Assembly (NCBI GenBank): GCA_964386395.1
Contig: CAYLRV010000001.1
Span: 23,807-87,806, forward strand
DNA: 64,000 nucleotides
Source: an uncultured Chitinophaga sp.
GTDB lineage: Bacteria; Bacteroidota; Bacteroidia; Chitinophagales; Chitinophagaceae
Direction of reading: 5' to 3'
The notes below the pieces were generated by a model, which was given only the letters and a program-made list of their open reading frames with translations, was not told where the DNA came from and made no database searches. The number at the start of each line of letters is the position of its first letter. Positions within the stretch are counted from its first letter, which is position 1. Both the position numbers and the translations under genes were made by a program. Below, in pieces: positions 52,695 to 62,222 of the stretch.

Positions 52695-55600
52695 TTACTG
52701 CTTAACGAATTTCTGCGAACTGCCATCTGCAAAACGCAGCAGGTAATAACCGGCAGCTAACTGTGAAATGTTTATGGTTGTTGATTGATTGCTGATTCGT
52801 ATTGATGATAATTGGCGCCCCTGCATATCATGCAATTGCACAGTAGTGTTTTGAAGTGCTGCAGGAACAGTCAAAACAATCACATCACTCGACGGGTTGG
52901 GATAAAGCGTAATCAGTCCTTCGCCGGTGGTACTCAGTTTCATCACTGCAGAATAACCAGAACGTCCGCTAAATTCAACCTGCCTGATACGGAAGAAGGC
53001 AGTACCGGTAAGGCGTACGGGTTGAGTAAACGTATAGCTGTTTTCACCATTACCGCTGCTGCTTACGGTGCCAATGAGGGTGTAGTTTATTCCATCCTCA
53101 CTTCTTTCAATTTCATAACGGGCAATGTTTGATTCCTGTACTTTCCATTTTATAACTGGCTGTTTCAAACTGTTGAGGCTACCAGCAACAGTTAACCAGT
53201 TCAATGGTAATGTACTGCCGATTGATTTAATAAAGAACCCGCTGAAGCCCGTTACATCAAAACTGATTTCCCAGCGATTGTCAACATTGTTCCATACAAT
53301 ATCGGCGTCGTTCGGGTTTATTGTTTCCGGTGCCCCGGGATAGGAGGCCGGCAGACCTGAACCATCACTGCTTGTACCACCTCTTTTTTCAACCAGCAGG
53401 TTAGCCTTACCAGCAGCGTCACCGGGATTTTGTGGTAACAGTGCTGTGTTCAATGCATTGAAATCATCAAAATCTTGTTGTGTAAAGAATAAGGTAATCC
53501 GCCCTGTTGAAGTAGCAGGGTTTGTAACAGGTGTTATTTCGTAATGTCTTTTTACAAATTCGGCAGGAGGCGTGCTTTCAATCCAAACTTCTGCATCCAC
53601 TTGCCCGGTTACAGGGCTTGCACCGGCCTGTGCCAGGTTTGCAATAAGACTGGTACAGGTGCCAAATGAGGTAACAGTACCTTGTGTGGTCTGCACTGCA
53701 ACATTTGTCATAGCCAGGGAAGATGAAATAAGGCTAAACTCATATATCGTTACAGTCCGGCTTACTTCGGCAGTAGCAATCACCAATGCCCTTCCGGTTG
53801 GGCTTTGATTGGCGGGTACAAATAACAATCCCTCCACACCCAGGTCGGCAGGATGATCAATGTATTGCAGGAACACGGGTGCAAGCGGGTTGCTGATATC
53901 ATAAACAAAAATATCACCGGTACGTTCACTACCTACGAATGCATACAATACACCATTTACTGTTCCGGTGGTAACCGCTTCTACTTCTGGTCCTTTATTA
54001 TCGCTACGTGTATCAAAACTTGCTGATGTACCATCGGAGTTGAATACCGTTGGGTTTTGTTGTGCGGAAATTTGCTCTAACTGATCGCCACTGTCAAACA
54101 CCTGTGTATAGCTGCTGTTCCAGATGCTGAATGAACGTGCACCCAAGGCATGTATCTGATCGTAATCACCATCAGTATCTGTATCACCAGTAGCGCTTGT
54201 CAGTTGCAGACGGCCCAGGTTCTGGTTTAATTTTAAAGTGGCTGCATTTGGAAATACAGTCGGATCCAGTGTATATCCACCAGCACCTACCCTTATTTCT
54301 TCTGAAAAACCTGTCCAAGCCCTTGCATCACCTTCGTTGGCTGTTATATAGTAAGTATTGCCTCCAACAGTAAAGCTGCCAATGGCATCCGGCTGGTACA
54401 TCCCAAATACCGGCCAGTTTTGAATATTAATAGCACCTGTGCTGAAGCCCGGTGCCAAATCACGGTCACTGGCATCAAGGCCGTTGCCGGCCAGGTTATG
54501 ATTTTTTAATCCGAGTGGAACAATCTGTGTTACGGTAGCTGATGCAATATCCACTTCTGCCAGTGCATTATTCTCCTGTAAGGTTACGATTGCTTTTGTA
54601 CCGTCACCGGAGAAGGTGATATATTCCGGTTCCAGGTCCTGTGCTACGGTAGCACCAGGACCATAGATGCGTACACCGGCTGCCCGCAGGGCAGCAATTT
54701 GCGGATTGAAACTCGCAAAGCCTGCGGTTTGTACGGTTGCGGCTAATACACCTCCGGATATATCAATGATGGAAACAGAACCTTCCGGATCAAATGAATT
54801 GCCTTGTCCATAACTATTGGGTTCCCCTTCGTTGGCCGTCAGTACTTTTGTTCCGTCTGGTGAGAAGGTAACCATATCCGGCAGATAGCCTACAGTTACA
54901 TGGTTGATATACGCACCGGTAGCTGCTGTATAGAAAGCAACAATACCCTGTTCTTGTGCACTGCTGCTGTTATTTACAATCGCATAGCCTACGGCAACGA
55001 TACCATTTCTTATTGCAACACTATTGGGCAGCGCCGTGGTGCCGCCGGGTGCACTAAACCCGAATGGGAGGTTGGTTGGGCCACCGATTGTGCCTGTATT
55101 ACTTACAGTATAATATTCCATAGCAGGGCCTGCGACGGTATAAATTCGTAACGAAGCCGCATCGAATGCTGAAATCTCTGCACCATTTGCACTCGTTCCT
55201 GTTGATTTATGAATAAGTACCTGGCAGGTATTATCTGCAATGGTTATATTTTGTGAAACGGGTGAACCCAATATGACACCCGCAGAGGGGTTGCTGATGG
55301 TTAGTACAGCCGTTTCAGCTCCTTCCGTCGCTGCATCATTTCTTATTGTAAATGTTACCGTACCTGTGGTTTGTCCGTTCAGGATAGTGATAGTAGTACC
55401 GGATAATATATAATCACCCGCTGTAATACCCGTGCCGTTTACAGCCAGGTTCACTGTTTGATTCCCCGATACCGGTGCGGATGCGGTAGCCGTTACGGTA
55501 ATGGAGGTAGCAGCCGCTTCACTACCTGCGTTGCTGCTCACAGACAGGTTCACTGTTGGTAAAGCCACATCATTATCGGTGATATCTACGTTCTGGGAAA

Positions 55601-56597
55601 GAGTAGAGCCCAATATAATACCTGCTGATGGGTTGCTGATGGTTAATACCGCTGTTTCCAGGCTTTCGATTACAGCATCATCTACAACGGTAAACGTGAC
55701 CGTACCCAGGGTAGCTCCGTTCGGAATGGTTATCGTCGTGTTCGATAAATTATAATCACCTGCTGTAATATTTGTCCCGCTTACACCAAGGCTTACGGTC
55801 TGATCACCTGTAACTGGTGCTGATGCTGTAGCTGTTACCGTAATACTTGTAGCCGCTGCCTCGCTGCCAGCATTGCTGCTTACAGAGAGTGACACGGATG
55901 GGGTTGCTGCTATATCTGTGCCGCTTACTGTCACCATATCAAAACGCCAGGTACCTGAGCCTGCATAACTGCTGCCTGAATTGGAAGGTGCATAGGCTGA
56001 AGTAGAAGGCGCAAAAACCGATACGATACGGAAAGCGAAATTGGGGTTATTGTTAACCGCAGTTACTGAACTCAAATCAATAGTACGCTGGTTAAACCAG
56101 GTATCGCCGGCATTGCCATCGAAGGGAGCGCCGAAGTCAACAAAGGTTGATCCGTTGGTACTGTACTGAAACTGTTCGTAGCGGCTGGATGTGTTACTAT
56201 GCCGCAAATCATAACGGATAATAATATTTTGCTTTCCTGCTGTACTTACATTGTATTGGGTACCCGCAGTTTTGTTGGCTGCTCCCACAGCCGGATACGT
56301 GGTCGTACCCCAGCCATAGTTGGGCGGGCTGGTAGTTACCGGGTCACTTGAGCCACCATTGGATACACCACTTGCATACGAAGCGGTTGCGCCCCCAATT
56401 AATGCCGCAGTCCCAGTACCTGTAGCAGGGGTAGGTGCGGTGGTGCCTCCGGGAACAGTGCTGGTGGACGTCCCGTTAAAATTCCATTGTGTAATCACTG
56501 TTTGTGCTTGCATCACAGGGCCAATCGCCATGAGCAACAAAACCATAGAAGTTGTCAAAAAACCGTAAACACTTTTTTGCGTATAACTTTTTCTCAT
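52695..56597 (-). CDS. Giant T9SS-secreted protein with two Calx-beta-like repeats and a propeller-like central region
   Basis: The likely start is ATG 56597. Two near-identical roughly 110-aa modules (SVSSNAGSEAAATSITVTATASAPV...TAVLTISNPSAG). C-terminal Por sorting domain (LYPNPSSDVIVL...GYYLLRFADGSSQKFVKQ). Confidence 0.7.
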   Translation of the reverse strand: MRKSYTQKSVYGFLTTSMVLLLMAIGPVMQAQTVITQWNFNGTSTSTVPGGTTAPTPATGTGTAALIGGATASYASGVSNGGSSDPVTTSPPNYGWGTTTYPAVGAANKTAGTQYNVSTAGKQNIIIRYDLRHSNTSSRYEQFQYSTNGSTFVDFGAPFDGNAGDTWFNQRTIDLSSVTAVNNNPNFAFRIVSVFAPSTSAYAPSNSGSSYAGSGTWRFDMVTVSGTDIAATPSVSLSVSSNAGSEAAATSITVTATASAPVTGDQTVSLGVSGTNITAGDYNLSNTTITIPNGATLGTVTFTVVDDAVIESLETAVLTISNPSAGIILGSTLSQNVDITDNDVALPTVNLSVSSNAGSEAAATSITVTATASAPVSGNQTVNLAVNGTGITAGDYILSGTTITILNGQTTGTVTFTIRNDAATEGAETAVLTISNPSAGVILGSPVSQNITIADNTCQVLIHKSTGTSANGAEISAFDAASLRIYTVAGPAMEYYTVSNTGTIGGPTNLPFGFSAPGGTTALPNSVAIRNGIVAVGYAIVNNSSSAQEQGIVAFYTAATGAYINHVTVGYLPDMVTFSPDGTKVLTANEGEPNSYGQGNSFDPEGSVSIIDISGGVLAATVQTAGFASFNPQIAALRAAGVRIYGPGATVAQDLEPEYITFSGDGTKAIVTLQENNALAEVDIASATVTQIVPLGLKNHNLAGNGLDASDRDLAPGFSTGAINIQNWPVFGMYQPDAIGSFTVGGNTYYITANEGDARAWTGFSEEIRVGAGGYTLDPTVFPNAATLKLNQNLGRLQLTSATGDTDTDGDYDQIHALGARSFSIWNSSYTQVFDSGDQLEQISAQQNPTVFNSDGTSASFDTRSDNKGPEVEAVTTGTVNGVLYAFVGSERTGDIFVYDISNPLAPVFLQYIDHPADLGVEGLLFVPANQSPTGRALVIATAEVSRTVTIYEFSLISSSLAMTNVAVQTTQGTVTSFGTCTSLIANLAQAGASPVTGQVDAEVWIESTPPAEFVKRHYEITPVTNPATSTGRITLFFTQQDFDDFNALNTALLPQNPGDAAGKANLLVEKRGGTSSDGSGLPASYPGAPETINPNDADIVWNNVDNRWEISFDVTGFSGFFIKSIGSTLPLNWLTVAGSLNSLKQPVIKWKVQESNIARYEIERSEDGINYTLIGTVSSSGNGENSYTFTQPVRLTGTAFFRIRQVEFSGRSGYSAVMKLSTTGEGLITLYPNPSSDVIVLTVPAALQNTTVQLHDMQGRQLSSIRISNQSTTINISQLAAGYYLLRFADGSSQKFVKQ
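55230..55905 (-). repeat. Tandem duplication encoding the two Calx-beta-like modules
   Basis: Blocks starting near 55545 and 55890 are highly similar at the DNA level (gcagccgcttcactacctgcgttgctgct versus gtagccgctgcctcgctgccagcattgctgct). Confidence 0.6.
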
Positions 56598-56808
56598 ATC
56601 CAGTAATAGTTTGCGCAAAGAAACCTGTGCGGCATGATGTATATGTTACCGCTATGTTACCAGAATATTATCATGGTCCGGTTGAATTCATCATACTATC
56701 AAAACAAGCGTTACTTAACATTTACATAATAGCAAAGTCATGGTAATTTAAACTTACCGTCTCATTCAGGTAACAAACAGTTGTGTTCTTTGCCAAACCC
56801 CTGTACAC

Positions 56809-57654
56809 TTGAAAAAAAGAAACCTTGGCGTTGTTGTTATCTCCGATGTTCACCTGGGCACATATGGTTGCCATGCCGGGGAACTGGTCAACTACCTCCG
56901 CAGCATCAGTCCGCAAATACTTATCCTGAATGGTGACATCATTGATGGCTGGCAGTTCAGCAAACGGTACTTTCCTCCCACGCATTTACAGGTAATAAAA
57001 GAAGTGCTGAATATGCTTAGCAACGGTACCCGTGTTATCTATATCACCGGCAACCATGATGAAATGATGCGCCGGTACTGCGACTTACAACTCAGCCATT
57101 TTCAGCTTACAGATAAGCTGGTTATGGAAATCAATGGGAAGACAACCTGGATATTTCATGGCGATGTGTTTGACAACACCACAAAAGGCAGTGCTAAATT
57201 CTTCGCAAGGCTTGGTGGCCACGGGTACGACTGGCTGATACTGCTGAACCGTTTTGTAAACTGGTCGCTGAAGAAAATGGGCCGGCCGAGAATGAGTTTT
57301 AGCAAAAAGATAAAAGATGGAGTAAAGAAAGCCGTAAAGTGGATTGCTGATTTTGAGCAGACGGCTGCTGAACTGGCTATTGAAAAAAAATATGACTATG
57401 TCATCTGCGGGCATATCCACCAGCCGCAAAAGCGGGTCATTGAAACAGCCAATGGCAAAGTTATTTACCTGAACAGCGGCGACTGGGTGGAGAACCTCAC
57501 TGCGCTGGAGTACAATGACAATGAATGGACGATTTACCAATATAAAGAAGAGCATTATGAAGCAGCTCCAGTTATTCCGCTCGACAAGAAGTTACCAGTG
57601 CTGAATGTGGTAACAGATGAAATAAACCTGTTTATAAATTCACTCGGAACCTAA
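56809..57654 (+). CDS. UDP-2,3-diacylglucosamine diphosphatase-like metallophosphoesterase (LpxH family)
   Basis: VVISDVHLG, LNGDIIDGW, GNHDE and CGHIH motifs. Confidence 0.7.
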   Translation: MKKRNLGVVVISDVHLGTYGCHAGELVNYLRSISPQILILNGDIIDGWQFSKRYFPPTHLQVIKEVLNMLSNGTRVIYITGNHDEMMRRYCDLQLSHFQLTDKLVMEINGKTTWIFHGDVFDNTTKGSAKFFARLGGHGYDWLILLNRFVNWSLKKMGRPRMSFSKKIKDGVKKAVKWIADFEQTAAELAIEKKYDYVICGHIHQPQKRVIETANGKVIYLNSGDWVENLTALEYNDNEWTIYQYKEEHYEAAPVIPLDKKLPVLNVVTDEINLFINSLGT

Positions 57655-57663
57655 ATCCAACGT

Positions 57664-58707
57664 ATGAAGATATTCTACGCCGTACAGGCCACGGGCAATG
57701 GCCATATCAGCCGGGCCATGGAATTATTACCGCACTTGCAGCAACATGGCACAGTGGATGTTTTTTTAAGCGGCAACAACAGCCATCTTGAACCCAATTT
57801 GCCGGTAAAATTCAGAAGTAAGGGCCTCAGCCTGTATTATAATTGTAAAGGCGGGCTTAGCTACTGGAAAATGCTGAAAGACTTCCATCCCTTCCGAATA
57901 AGACAGGAGATAAAAGACTTACCGGTGGAAAACTATGATTTGGTACTGAATGATTTTGATTATATCACTTCCGCAGCCTGTGCGGCAAAGAAAGTACCAT
58001 CGGTACATTTTGGCCACCAGGCCAGTTTTCAATCAGCGGACACTCCACGCCCTGCATCTGTCAGCCAAACCGGTGAATGGTTGCTGAAGAACTATGTGAA
58101 AGCTACGCATCATGTGGGCATTCACTTTAAACGCTATGCTGATTTTATTTTCCCTGCCGTGGTAAAGAAGGCTATTTTACTGGCCGAGCCAGTTGATAAG
58201 AACTATGTCACGGTTTATCTTCCTTCCTATTGTGAAAAGCAACTGACCGCTATCCTGCATGGCCTGCCGGACTTTCGTTTTGAAGTATTTTCCCGTGAGG
58301 CAAGTGCAGTAAGAACAGAAAAAAACATAACTTTTATTCCCATTCAAAAAGATCGGTTTACGGAGAGCCTGATCAATTGTACCGGTATTATTTCCGGTGG
58401 TGGTTTTGAAACACCTGCGGAGGCATTGCATTTAGGTAAACGCATAATTGCCATACCTATCCGCGGGCAGTATGAGCAGCAGTGTAATGCGGCGGCATTG
58501 GCGGGCACTGGTGCGCTATGCCTGGACAAGATAGACGACCAATTCCCAAACTTATTTCACCAATGGATAAGCGGCCCGGCCCCTGCTGCCTGCAATTATA
58601 ATGGCGCTGCTGAAGCCTGTATTGAGTATATCCTTTCACTCCAACTCCATCGTCGCCCTCACTACGCATATCCTGCCACAGCAGACAATGGAGGAAAGGC
58701 GGCATAA
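57664..58707 (+). CDS. Glycosyltransferase (GT-B, MurG/GT28-like family)
   Basis: MKIFYAVQATGNGHISRA N-terminus and a C-terminal GGGFETPAEALHLGKR nucleotide-sugar-binding block. Confidence 0.65.
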   Translation: MKIFYAVQATGNGHISRAMELLPHLQQHGTVDVFLSGNNSHLEPNLPVKFRSKGLSLYYNCKGGLSYWKMLKDFHPFRIRQEIKDLPVENYDLVLNDFDYITSAACAAKKVPSVHFGHQASFQSADTPRPASVSQTGEWLLKNYVKATHHVGIHFKRYADFIFPAVVKKAILLAEPVDKNYVTVYLPSYCEKQLTAILHGLPDFRFEVFSREASAVRTEKNITFIPIQKDRFTESLINCTGIISGGGFETPAEALHLGKRIIAIPIRGQYEQQCNAAALAGTGALCLDKIDDQFPNLFHQWISGPAPAACNYNGAAEACIEYILSLQLHRRPHYAYPATADNGGKAA

Positions 58708-58897
58708 AAAAACCATCCCGGAGAACCGGAATGGTTAACTGCTTGAGAAAAATCGGGAATTTACGCTAACGGTAAGCGCAGCTGTTATGCAACCTGATCA
58801 AGAACTGGTGCAAAATTGACGGCTGCTTGTTACCAGTTTATTTCGTTGTGGTTAAGCTATCGTTACGTTATTCAGTGCCTGGCTTTCACAAACGAGT

Positions 58898-58952
58898 TAT
58901 AGGCATACTATAGGCGAATTATAGGCATATTATAGGCGTACTATAGGCAAAC
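58898..58952. repeat. Five tandem 11-bp repeats TATAGGCNNNN
   Basis: TATAGGC starts at 58898, 58909, 58920, 58931 and 58942. Two TATAGAT motifs follow. Confidence 0.85.
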
Positions 58953-59047
58953 ATCGCTATAGATGCTGTATAGATATTGTACTGATATGGTAGCTGTCAC
59001 CGATAGTTTAACAGTCATTAAGTTGTTGTTATCGTATTTATTCCTGC

Positions 59048-60862
59048 TTAGTTTGATTTCTTTTTCATGGCGGCATTTTCTGCTTCCAGTTTTTCCAGGC
59101 GCTTGTTCATCTCAATCATATGCAGGGTCATTTCTTCAATTTTCTTCAGGAGTACCGCCTGCCCGTCACCAAGATCAAGGCCTTCTTTTTCTATTTCTTT
59201 TGCAGAGGGAACGCCGGGCAGGTGACTATTGGCTTTTATGAACTGTTCTGTTTCAGGGAGGGTTGGCAGGTTGTAACTGGGCTTAAATACATAATCAGGC
59301 CAGATGCTTGACTGCAATTTTACCCTTACCTTTTCAGCAATAACATTGCCTGCTACTGCCAGTTTGTAATTGCCTGTGGCAGGAAAAGTAGTGACAGCAC
59401 CAATACTAACTTCTCCGTTAAGATGCGTGGTGCCGCTTACAGCCAGCTTGTATGCCGGCGTAGTGACACCTATACCTACATTTCCACTATTGTAATATAT
59501 ATCAGAACCGGTTGTTGTCCATTGGCTGCTACCACCACCGCTACCTACTGCAGACCAGCCTGAGGATTTATATTGATAGAGCCCTTCAGTGCCATCTGTT
59601 TGGTAGACTACTAAGCCTGTGGCAGGACTGCTGATGGCAGAACGTTGTGTTGCTGTCATACGGGGTGGCAGGAAACCCTTTGTTGTGGAATTGGCTGTTA
59701 GTACTGCACTCGATGCAATACCGCCGTCTCCAAATGATCCATTACCGTAACTATAAAAATCACCATTCCCATAAAATATATGGGTAGTCGGGCCGGAGAA
59801 GGTTGGCACATTTATGCCAATATCACCCGAGGAGTTAATGATGCCAATTCCCCTGGATATCACACCACTTAAGTCGAGTGTCAACGATGGACGTATATTA
59901 TCCCTGATCTGTATACCAGCATTACCACTGCTTGTTTCTGTTACCAGAGATGTGGCTGCGCCAGTATACAGGTATGATGTGGCGGTTGCAGAATAAGACA
60001 GCATGGACACATTACCTGTAAATCGGCCAGTACCATTCACATCAAGTTTATAAGCTGGCGATGTGGTTCCAATACCAAGGCGGCCAGCATCATCAAAGAA
60101 GGCGGTGGTGATTGCATTGGCACCGATAGATAATGTTGTTGTACCGGGCCTGGCTCTTGTATTAATAGCATTTGGAGTAAGTTCAAGCCCATCCAATCCA
60201 TCGTTATCAGAATTGATTCGCAGTTTTCTTTTTAATATGACATTGTCGTTTTGCCCGCCATCGTGTTTACCCATTAAATATAGCGGGCCGTTATTGGCTA
60301 CCAGCATACCTCCAGAAGCCCGGTACGAATACAGCGCATCTATCTCCGCACCATCCGGGTTAATTACCCACCCGTATGAACTGCTGTTACCAAAAATAGC
60401 TTTGCCGGTACCGCGAATAGTGCCATCAACTTCCAGTTTATGAGCCGGGCTGGTGGTGCCAATACCCACATTACCATCGGAAGCAACCCTGAACCTTGCC
60501 AGGCTGTTTGTATAAATCGTATAATTGGCATTTTCATAACCGTACAAATAAAGATCGTTGCTATTATTTGCCCCATATCCAAAATTCCAGCCACCGCCTG
60601 CATTGGTAGATTGCTTCAGGTGCATCACCAGCTGTCCTGTTTGGGCCGTACTGCCGAAATGAAAACTGGGTCCCCCCACTTTTAAACTACCGTTTACATC
60701 CAGCCTTACCGTTGGGTTGTTGGTGCCGATACCTACATTACCCAGTTGAGTATTATAGATATCATCGCTGGTGCTGCCTACAGAAGACCAGAGTGCCTGT
60801 GCATTGGCCATACTTGCTGACAGCAAAGCAACTGCCAGGATCATTACTTGTATTATTCGCAT
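59048..60862 (-). CDS. Secreted repeat protein with tail-fibre-like repeats and a C-terminal coiled coil
   Basis: Signal peptide. Repeated GNVGIGT..P..KL.V.G blocks. C-terminus WPDYVFKPSYNLPTLPETEQFIKANSHLPGVPSAKEIEKEG... followed by heptad-rich sequence. Confidence 0.55.
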   Translation of the reverse strand: MRIIQVMILAVALLSASMANAQALWSSVGSTSDDIYNTQLGNVGIGTNNPTVRLDVNGSLKVGGPSFHFGSTAQTGQLVMHLKQSTNAGGGWNFGYGANNSNDLYLYGYENANYTIYTNSLARFRVASDGNVGIGTTSPAHKLEVDGTIRGTGKAIFGNSSSYGWVINPDGAEIDALYSYRASGGMLVANNGPLYLMGKHDGGQNDNVILKRKLRINSDNDGLDGLELTPNAINTRARPGTTTLSIGANAITTAFFDDAGRLGIGTTSPAYKLDVNGTGRFTGNVSMLSYSATATSYLYTGAATSLVTETSSGNAGIQIRDNIRPSLTLDLSGVISRGIGIINSSGDIGINVPTFSGPTTHIFYGNGDFYSYGNGSFGDGGIASSAVLTANSTTKGFLPPRMTATQRSAISSPATGLVVYQTDGTEGLYQYKSSGWSAVGSGGGSSQWTTTGSDIYYNSGNVGIGVTTPAYKLAVSGTTHLNGEVSIGAVTTFPATGNYKLAVAGNVIAEKVRVKLQSSIWPDYVFKPSYNLPTLPETEQFIKANSHLPGVPSAKEIEKEGLDLGDGQAVLLKKIEEMTLHMIEMNKRLEKLEAENAAMKKKSN

Positions 60863-60972
60863 ACCTGTTGGTTTTAGTTATGTTAATTCTTTTTTATTGT
60901 AAAAAAACTACTCTTAAATAAATGCCACCCACGCTGTTCTGAGTTTGCAACTCAGGACACGACACTCACATA

Positions 60973-61548
60973 CTATATTAATACAACTTCCAGCAATCCG
61001 CACTTCTTTCCAAACGCATAATCCCTGCCGCTGCTATACAAATAATCTTCGGGCTTGAGTACTATCCATGCTTCCACAGGATTATTATGAATATAGTTCA
61101 GCTTTTGTACAGTAAACCCTGAACTAAAAAGCTCTTTTGGCTGATTATCTTGCCTCCAGAACTGGTAGTTACTATTCCGGCTGTTGCACTCTCCCGCTTT
61201 TCTAAATATTTCCAGCATCCATTCCCTCCTGCTTTCTTTTTTATTTTCCTGTATAGCTTTTATAATTTTTTTACTGGTAAACTTCTTAAAGTCCCTTAAT
61301 ATCTCACTTGTATCATTGCTTTTGGCCGCCACTACCATATGGATATGGTTGCTCATCAAGCACCATGCATATAACACCAATCCCTTTTCTGCCTGGCAAT
61401 ACCTGATACTTTCCAGCACGATGTCCCTGTATTCCTTTCTTGTAAACACGTCCACCCATTCGACTACGGCAAATGTTATAAAATGAATACCTTCTTTGTT
61501 TCGTATTTTATAACCTCCGTCATTGATATTTTCATCCGTTTGCTTCAT
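60973..61548 (-). CDS. REP-associated tyrosine transposase (RAYT) / IS200-like Y1 transposase-family protein
   Basis: IHFITFAVVEW, the HUH motif NHIHMVV, and the tyrosine helix YIHNNPVEAWIV. Confidence 0.7.
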   Translation of the reverse strand: MKQTDENINDGGYKIRNKEGIHFITFAVVEWVDVFTRKEYRDIVLESIRYCQAEKGLVLYAWCLMSNHIHMVVAAKSNDTSEILRDFKKFTSKKIIKAIQENKKESRREWMLEIFRKAGECNSRNSNYQFWRQDNQPKELFSSGFTVQKLNYIHNNPVEAWIVLKPEDYLYSSGRDYAFGKKCGLLEVVLI

Positions 61549-61760
61549 TTTTACAGATAGCCTTAGTTGTTAACTAAAACAAATAATATTCCTTTTTACT
61601 TTAGCAGCATATACTGCTGTCTATTTTTACGGCTTTTACAAAGCCGGTACTGAGACACAGTCTCAGCACAGCCTTTCAACATTTTTTTACGACTTCATCG
61701 TTTCCTGTTGATTTTATCGTTCTCCCTTTTTTGCCGAACACTACGGACAGCGGGGGAACA

Positions 61761-62210
61761 TTACCACACTCCTATGAACTTTGTTTCCTTTTGATAAACA
61801 ATTGTCTCCAAAGCTTCAAAAAAATTACGCCCAATTTCAAAAATTGCATCATCGTCAGCTATAAAAAAAACTCCTGAATAAGATACTAATAATAATCCTG
61901 AATAGAAATGTACACACCCAACAGCTATTATTTTATCCTGAATCAAAAGCTCACATTTCTTTATAGCTTTTTTGTCAACGCCCAACCCATAATCTATATT
62001 TAGCTTGATATTGCTAAACTGGCCATCCGGCGTTTTAAACTCCAATTCAATATTCCAAAATTCTGTTAATAAACTTGCAATCAATTGATTGGGCAGATTG
62101 TATCCTCTCTTATTCAGGTCCTCAATCATATAATCTATTTCAATCTTTCGGCCAGGGTACCATCCAGATTCTTCTAAAATTTCTCTTATCTGATTATTCA
62201 TTAGTTTCAT
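61761..62210 (-). CDS. SUKH-family immunity protein (SUKH-3-like)
   Basis: 149 aa. N-terminal ILEESGWYPGRKI. Lies immediately downstream of the RHS toxin C-terminus. Confidence 0.55.
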   Translation of the reverse strand: MKLMNNQIREILEESGWYPGRKIEIDYMIEDLNKRGYNLPNQLIASLLTEFWNIELEFKTPDGQFSNIKLNIDYGLGVDKKAIKKCELLIQDKIIAVGCVHFYSGLLLVSYSGVFFIADDDAIFEIGRNFFEALETIVYQKETKFIGVW

Positions 62211-62222
62211 CGTAATAATTTT

